Source of the DNA: an uncultured virus (IMG/VR IMGVR_UViG_3300012013_000859)
Taxonomy: Duplodnaviria > Heunggongvirae > Uroviricota > Caudoviricetes
IMG/VR virus record: IMGVR_UViG_3300012013_000859
Strand: one strand, 5' to 3'
Length of the DNA stretch: 64,000 bases
Shown: positions 59,165 to 64,000 of the stretch, piece by piece
How positions within the stretch are numbered: position 1 is the first letter of the stretch
How the letters are laid out: each line of letters starts with the position of its first letter
Notes under the pieces: model-generated
Database searches by the model: none
The model's input: the letters and a program-made list of their open reading frames with translations, nothing else
What the model was told of the DNA's origin: nothing
Translations under genes and position numbers: made by a program

Positions 59165-60196
59165 TTACTTGATTTGATTCAAAAGCAACTTTGCTTTTAT
59201 ACCTTGATAAGTATTCTTTACGATAAAGTCAGTACTTATTTCATTTTGATTTAAAGCAACTGCAATATCATTAAAATCTTTAAAGATCTTTCCGAACTTT
59301 TCAGGCCAAATAAAGATCTTCTGCTTTTGTTCAATTAATTTTTGTGATTTCAGTTTAGAAGCATTATCAATCCATTGAGAATCTAATACCCATATCTTGT
59401 CATAGAATGGAAAGTTAGATATTTGTTCAGATTGCTTTGATGTATATAAGATATCGCTCTTCTCCTGAATGCCAGCAACGGCGATCCCGTTTTTGACGAA
59501 GCAAGCATTAAGAGGACCTTCAAATATAAAAATCTTATCGAGATCCTTGTTGATTTGATTGATATTAAACAAACTTTTTTCACTATTAATCTTAGATATA
59601 TACCTTTCTTTACTGAATGTTTCAATTCCATCAATCAACCTTGTTTGATACCAAATAATCTTACCGTTTTCATTATAAAACGGTATAACTGTACGATTTT
59701 TATGTATAAAGTCAGTTAAAGATATGAAAAATGCACGGGGTTTGTTAATTGCATTGAATAAATTTCGCTTTTCTAAGAATTCAAGTGAAATTTTAACAAT
59801 TTTATTAGTTTTATAAAATTCTAACTGTTGTTTATCAAATAAATTTATACAATCTTTAGGTAGAGCTTCGACATTTACAGGTTTACTTTCAGATTTATCT
59901 GTAACAAAGTTGACTGAATAACTTTTCTCATTGAGTTCTGCTTTTATTTCAGCAAAAGTTAATTTTGTTACCTCTCTGATCCATTTGTAAGGTGAACCAC
60001 TCCAACCACAATTATGACAATATATGTTATTGTTTTTTGGTATAAAGAATGACCGACGTTTCTTCAACCAACTTGTTCCTTCTCTACATATTGGACATGA
60101 CCCTTGATAAGTTTTATTATACTTATTATACTTTGGGCTACCAACATACTGAAAGAACTTCTGTACTATGTATTCTTCAGGAAGATTAATCACCAT
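59165..60196 (-). CDS. gp61: DNA primase gp61
   Basis: CPIC...YCHNCG zinc ribbon, VIPFY..GKII.YQTR, FIFEGP, KDFND. Confidence 0.92.
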   Translation of the reverse strand: MVINLPEEYIVQKFFQYVGSPKYNKYNKTYQGSCPICREGTSWLKKRRSFFIPKNNNIYCHNCGWSGSPYKWIREVTKLTFAEIKAELNEKSYSVNFVTDKSESKPVNVEALPKDCINLFDKQQLEFYKTNKIVKISLEFLEKRNLFNAINKPRAFFISLTDFIHKNRTVIPFYNENGKIIWYQTRLIDGIETFSKERYISKINSEKSLFNINQINKDLDKIFIFEGPLNACFVKNGIAVAGIQEKSDILYTSKQSEQISNFPFYDKIWVLDSQWIDNASKLKSQKLIEQKQKIFIWPEKFGKIFKDFNDIAVALNQNEISTDFIVKNTYQGIKAKLLLNQIK

Positions 60197-60199
60197 TTA

Positions 60200-60228
60200 A
60201 TAATATGGTGTTTCCGTTTAAAAATCAA
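60200..60228 (-). promoter_or_regulatory. Sigma70-type promoter TTGATT-N17-TATTAT for primase
   Basis: aatcaa at 60223-60228 and ataata at 60200-60205. Confidence 0.5.
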
Positions 60229-60288
60229 TTCAATTACGCTATTATTTTTGAATCAAATTAAGTGAAAGGTGTTTTCACCAAAAACAGA

Positions 60289-60705
60289 CTACTCATCATC
60301 ATTCGTGAATGTGGCTTCATTATCATTAAGTGTAAGTAACTCCCACACATCAGCGTTAGCCATTGTATCAATACCCTTTGACTCGGCCCAATTACGTAAT
60401 TCGTCTTGCAATTTTAATGTCAGCTTAATATTGTTTGTTTTGTAAGCATGTCTAATATCTGTTTGCAATTTATTAAATTCAGGGTATCTATTAACACCTT
60501 GACCTTCTGCTAAGATTTCTTTACGATTCGCAGCATTTAACACTTTAACAAGCCCCCTACGAAGGAACTCACCAGATGCATGATCATACCAGGTTGCTTC
60601 AACATAAATCTTATCGCCAATTTTCTTTTCAGTAATTTTTGGCATACAGGTTGTTCCACTAATAGGTGAAATAATTTTGTTTGGGTTAACACGTGGTTCG
60701 TACAT
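60289..60705 (-). CDS. Hypothetical protein
   Basis: 138-aa ORF; AATAAATA box 5 nt upstream. Confidence 0.6.
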   Translation of the reverse strand: MYEPRVNPNKIISPISGTTCMPKITEKKIGDKIYVEATWYDHASGEFLRRGLVKVLNAANRKEILAEGQGVNRYPEFNKLQTDIRHAYKTNNIKLTLKLQDELRNWAESKGIDTMANADVWELLTLNDNEATFTNDDE

Positions 60706-60709
60706 ACTA

Positions 60710-61021
60710 TTATTTATTGTTCTTATTGTATTTATATTGAGCTACCAAAAAATGTGCTAATTTTTTTGGTATTGTTTTAGCTGGCTCAACTATTTTTTCA
60801 GTTAACCCTAATTGAAATTTGTCTTTCGGTATAGATCGATTAATCAATTTCGGTATAGATATAAAACAAAAATCATCTGCTATTTCTTCCGCAAACAATA
60901 GTAATTCACCACAATACTGACCAGTTACAACTGCATATAATGTTTTTGTTTCTGGTTTTGCAATTGTTGCCGGTGGTACTAAAAAGTTTGATAATTTATT
61001 GATTATTGTTATTTTGGACAT
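60710..61021 (-). CDS. Hypothetical protein
   Basis: 103-aa ORF in the replication operon. Confidence 0.6.
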   Translation of the reverse strand: MSKITIINKLSNFLVPPATIAKPETKTLYAVVTGQYCGELLLFAEEIADDFCFISIPKLINRSIPKDKFQLGLTEKIVEPAKTIPKKLAHFLVAQYKYNKNNK

Positions 61022-61316
61022 TATTTATAAAAAATCTAGAAAAAGCAGTTGATAACGCATCAGCATCAATTTGAGATTTAGCATTGATAATAATGGTAGG
61101 TTCACCGTCAAAGTCATACCCAATTACCATGAAAGTTTTATAAAACTCTTCAAGAGTTGAGTTTACAGCATCTGTTGTATTCTCAGTTTCTCGGCTAAAA
61201 TTTTGAAGATACGTATTTAGTGACTCTGCTATTATCTTTTTGATCTCAGTGGATGGTATGTCCTTTTTATTTGATTTTGGCTTTTTTGAGGCATTACCAT
61301 CTGATCCTTTTTTCAT
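60996..61316 (-). CDS. Hypothetical protein
   Basis: Likely start ATG 61316, just after the previous stop. Confidence 0.55.
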   Translation of the reverse strand: MKKGSDGNASKKPKSNKKDIPSTEIKKIIAESLNTYLQNFSRETENTTDAVNSTLEEFYKTFMVIGYDFDGEPTIIINAKSQIDADALSTAFSRFFINNVQNNNNQ

Positions 61317-61320
61317 ATCA

Positions 61321-61671
61321 TTATTTAGGTCGTTCCACATAAAATTTATTATTATCTGTAATTTGAGTAACACCCTTTTCTAATAAAAAAGTAATTATTA
61401 CTTCAATTGAATCTGTTTTCAATGAAAAGTTTTTAGGAAATAATACACCACCATCATTCAATTCAAATAATATTTCACCATTAAATGTTTTATTTTCGTA
61501 ACAAGTAATATAGATTGATGTGTTACCTGGATCAACTAATATGGTCCAACTTCTTGGATCAATTTTACTATATCGTTGAAAAATTCTAATAACACACATT
61601 TTATTGTCACGTAAACGTTTAATAAAATATCCTGGTGTGGTTAGTTTGTTGTGGTTTTTGCGATTTATCAT
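61321..61671 (-). CDS. Hypothetical protein
   Basis: 116-aa ORF coupled to gp45. Confidence 0.6.
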   Translation of the reverse strand: MINRKNHNKLTTPGYFIKRLRDNKMCVIRIFQRYSKIDPRSWTILVDPGNTSIYITCYENKTFNGEILFELNDGGVLFPKNFSLKTDSIEVIITFLLEKGVTQITDNNKFYVERPK

Positions 61672-62402
61672 TTTACAAGTGCGGTTGTTATATACTGTAA
61701 TTTATACCCATCTCCTGAAATATCAAATATTGCAACTCCTTTAGTTGAATTTATTTTCACGGCAATTTCAGCATTTTTTACAACATATAGCATTCTAAAT
61801 ACATCAAAAGATAATGGTATTGGTGTATCAATTGGTTCACCTTTGTATCCTTCTGCAATTATTGTAGAATAACAATCAATATTTGATCTTGTATGATCAT
61901 TTAATTCAGCATGAATTTGACCATTTTCTGCATAAAAATAAATTTTATTACTATCTGTTATGAATGTTGAACTTTTATGTAATTGTGTAAATTTATCATA
62001 TGTAATAATAAATTCAGTATCCCATTCGAAACTATTCACTTTGTTCAAGTTAATAGATGGAATAGTTATAATACCATTTTCTAAAAGATGATATTTAAAT
62101 TTTGTATGTGATGATTTGTATTCTAAATTATTATTATTAATAGTAAATTCAACATTTGATCCGTCAATTGTTTCTAAAATCTTTATTAGTTTTTTAACAT
62201 TTGGTATATTCAAATCAATTTTAGTATTTGAATCTCCTGAATAGGGTATTTCTGCAAATAAAACAACATTATTGTCTGCAGTTTTATTCAAACTTGTGAT
62301 TTTATTTGAATCAATAGTTAAAACAGATAAATCACTTATATTAGAGATTGGATTTAAAAATTTATTAATTAAATTTTCCTTCTCATTTATAGATATAATC
62401 AT
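61668..62402 (-). CDS. gp45: Sliding clamp gp45
   Basis: Two-domain clamp pattern, LNIPNVKKLI, KFKYHL...II, LQYI.ALV; 244 aa; close to gp32. Confidence 0.75.
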   Translation of the reverse strand: MIISINEKENLINKFLNPISNISDLSVLTIDSNKITSLNKTADNNVVLFAEIPYSGDSNTKIDLNIPNVKKLIKILETIDGSNVEFTINNNNLEYKSSHTKFKYHLLENGIITIPSINLNKVNSFEWDTEFIITYDKFTQLHKSSTFITDSNKIYFYAENGQIHAELNDHTRSNIDCYSTIIAEGYKGEPIDTPIPLSFDVFRMLYVVKNAEIAVKINSTKGVAIFDISGDGYKLQYITTALVK

Positions 62403-62403
62403 T

Positions 62404-62898
62404 TCAATATGGTATATTATATGTCTTTATTTTTCCAGCTATTTCTTTAAGAATATTTTTTATGTCTTTCAAATCAGTATTAAATGTTCTGAACCTATCA
62501 TCAATATCTGTTATTTTCTTTTCAAGTTCATGGCAATATTTTGTTTGTTCGAAAAGAAACAATAATTGCTCTTCACCAAAGCAATTTGTTTCTGATGTTT
62601 TCGTATCACCATTATCTTGAATAATAAGATCAGGTCCACGACTTACAATTGTAACTGTTGGTTTTGATGCAGGTGCTTGTATATTGGGGGTTGGAGGCGG
62701 TGCTGTTTTTGTGGTATTACTAGCAGCCGCCTCCTTTACAATTCTGTCAGCAGTTTGCATGAATTGCTGACTTCTTGAAGATAAATTAGCAGATGTACCG
62801 ACAATATTATTGTCAAGTGTTTTTAAATCACTCAATGTTGATCCCAACAACGCTAGTAGCGCGTTTGGATCGACTGGTGGATCGCTAATTTCATTCAT
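62404..62898 (-). CDS. Hypothetical protein with C-terminal coiled coil
   Basis: 164 aa; contains QLLFLF. Confidence 0.6.
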   Translation of the reverse strand: MNEISDPPVDPNALLALLGSTLSDLKTLDNNIVGTSANLSSRSQQFMQTADRIVKEAAASNTTKTAPPPTPNIQAPASKPTVTIVSRGPDLIIQDNGDTKTSETNCFGEEQLLFLFEQTKYCHELEKKITDIDDRFRTFNTDLKDIKNILKEIAGKIKTYNIPY

Positions 62899-62900
62899 AT

Positions 62901-63716
62901 TTATTCAAGATCTTTCAACAAATCTGCAACTTCTGCATCAGTTAATTCCGTATCAGGTTCAACTGTTTCAGTTTGCTCAACTGAATTTACTTTAGGTACT
63001 GTCTTCTTTACAGTCGGTGATGGGCTATTTGTAACAAAGTGTGTATTGAAAAATTCTTTCAATTCATCATACGATTTTACAGAAATAAACGATTTCAAAT
63101 CATGTGTTGACTTATAAATGCTTTGAATCTTGTCTGGTGGAATATTCAAATCTACAGAATTTGTAAATCTACTTGATACAAACGTTGGAAAATCTCCCTG
63201 CATTTCAACCTTGATCTTCAAGTTGACACCATCTGGTGATAAATCAAAAATCTTTGGTCCCAACTCATCAGCATCTTCGTTAATTGCAGCACTGATAATT
63301 TTTTCAAGTTGCTTACCGTATCGAATAATTTTCACTGTTCCTTTATTATCAGGATTCTTGGAATCTTCAACAATATATACGTTACATGCATATTTTTCTT
63401 GTCGACGAATTGATTCCGCTTTACCTTTTTCTTCTTCAGAACCGGTACGAATATATCTGAAACGCTCTTCAGAAATTGGATCTCTTTCACCGAAAGTTGT
63501 CGGTGAAATAGCATTCACATCTTGCCCAGTAGCAAATGAACGCCACTTATGTACATAATATTTTAAAAATGTGTTCGATGGGTCTTTATCGTTTGGTAAA
63601 AGACGAACAACATAAGTGTTACCTGGCTCGAAACGTAGGATGTCCTTGGAACCTGCTTTTTCATCAGATTTGTTATGGCCATCTTTAATGGATTGGAATA
63701 ATGATTTGTTAAACAT
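62901..63716 (-). CDS. gp32: Single-stranded DNA-binding protein gp32
   Basis: VRLLP, H.W, TFGERDPI, NVYIVED..NPDNKGTVKI.RYGKQL, FDL..G.NLKIK, acidic tail. Confidence 0.93.
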   Translation of the reverse strand: MFNKSLFQSIKDGHNKSDEKAGSKDILRFEPGNTYVVRLLPNDKDPSNTFLKYYVHKWRSFATGQDVNAISPTTFGERDPISEERFRYIRTGSEEEKGKAESIRRQEKYACNVYIVEDSKNPDNKGTVKIIRYGKQLEKIISAAINEDADELGPKIFDLSPDGVNLKIKVEMQGDFPTFVSSRFTNSVDLNIPPDKIQSIYKSTHDLKSFISVKSYDELKEFFNTHFVTNSPSPTVKKTVPKVNSVEQTETVEPDTELTDAEVADLLKDLE

Positions 63717-63739
63717 AATTAGATTAATAATTTAATATA

Positions 63740-64000
63740 TTATTTGCAAATATCAACCATTTTTTTAACCTTTTTCAAGCCTTCTCTAATTAAAATTTTA
63801 CATTTTTTAGATGTGTAAAATTTAGTTCTATATTGATCAATATGTTTGTAAATATCATCACCGAAAATAAATGTAAGAACTGGTGATTCAACTCGTTTCA
63901 TAATTTGTTCTAATTGTTCATCACCAAATATAGTATATATTACAATTTTATGTTCTTTAATGTGACTAACAAATAATGGCAATTGACCATTAATTTCATT
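63740..64000 (-). CDS. 3' end of a hypothetical protein (truncated by window edge)
   Basis: The frame stays open to position 64000 (NEINGQLPLFVSH...). Confidence 0.6.
   Translation of the reverse strand, partial: NEINGQLPLFVSHIKEHKIVIYTIFGDEQLEQIMKRVESPVLTFIFGDDIYKHIDQYRTKFYTSKKCKILIREGLKKVKKMVDICK

Noticed and set aside
60262..60278. Hairpin gtgaaa/tttcac as a terminator
   Set aside because: Only a 6-bp AT-rich stem with a poor U-tract.
1..64000. Stop-codon reassignment
   Set aside because: Core genes are full length in the standard code, and TAG/TGA act as real stops (e.g. nrdA and the 16955 gene).

Overview
An AT-rich (roughly 30% GC by eye), densely coding 64-kb piece of a large T4-like myovirus genome, read in the standard genetic code and mostly on the minus strand. 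It carries the tail/baseplate module (gp18 sheath, gp19, gp3, gp54/gp48-like, gp26, gp53, gp25, gp6, gp7-like wedges, tape measure, several fibre/appendage proteins), packaging and neck genes (gp17, probable gp16, gp14), replication genes (gp32, gp45, gp44, gp61), nucleotide metabolism (nrdAB, dUTPase, PRTase) and a glycosyltransferase/sulfotransferase pair. No RNA genes, CRISPR arrays or mobile elements were found. All protein calls are motif recognition by eye, not database hits. The most interesting observations are: (1) a four-gene late cassette (PolX-like nucleotidyltransferase, KxDG ligase-like enzyme, PD-(D/E)XK nuclease, HIGH nucleotidyltransferase) whose N-termini resemble the T4 capsid-targeting sequence, suggesting a head-packaged nucleic-acid repair kit; (2) a recurring L-[S/T]-[A/G] tripeptide across virion proteins together with a late GT9/sulfotransferase pair, suggesting phage-encoded virion glycosylation/sulfation; (3) a stand-alone small gene carrying a copy of the major-capsid Gol-peptide motif in a sigma70-type operon; (4) promoter boxes placed 5-6 nt from start codons with no Shine-Dalgarno, implying widespread leaderless mRNAs.
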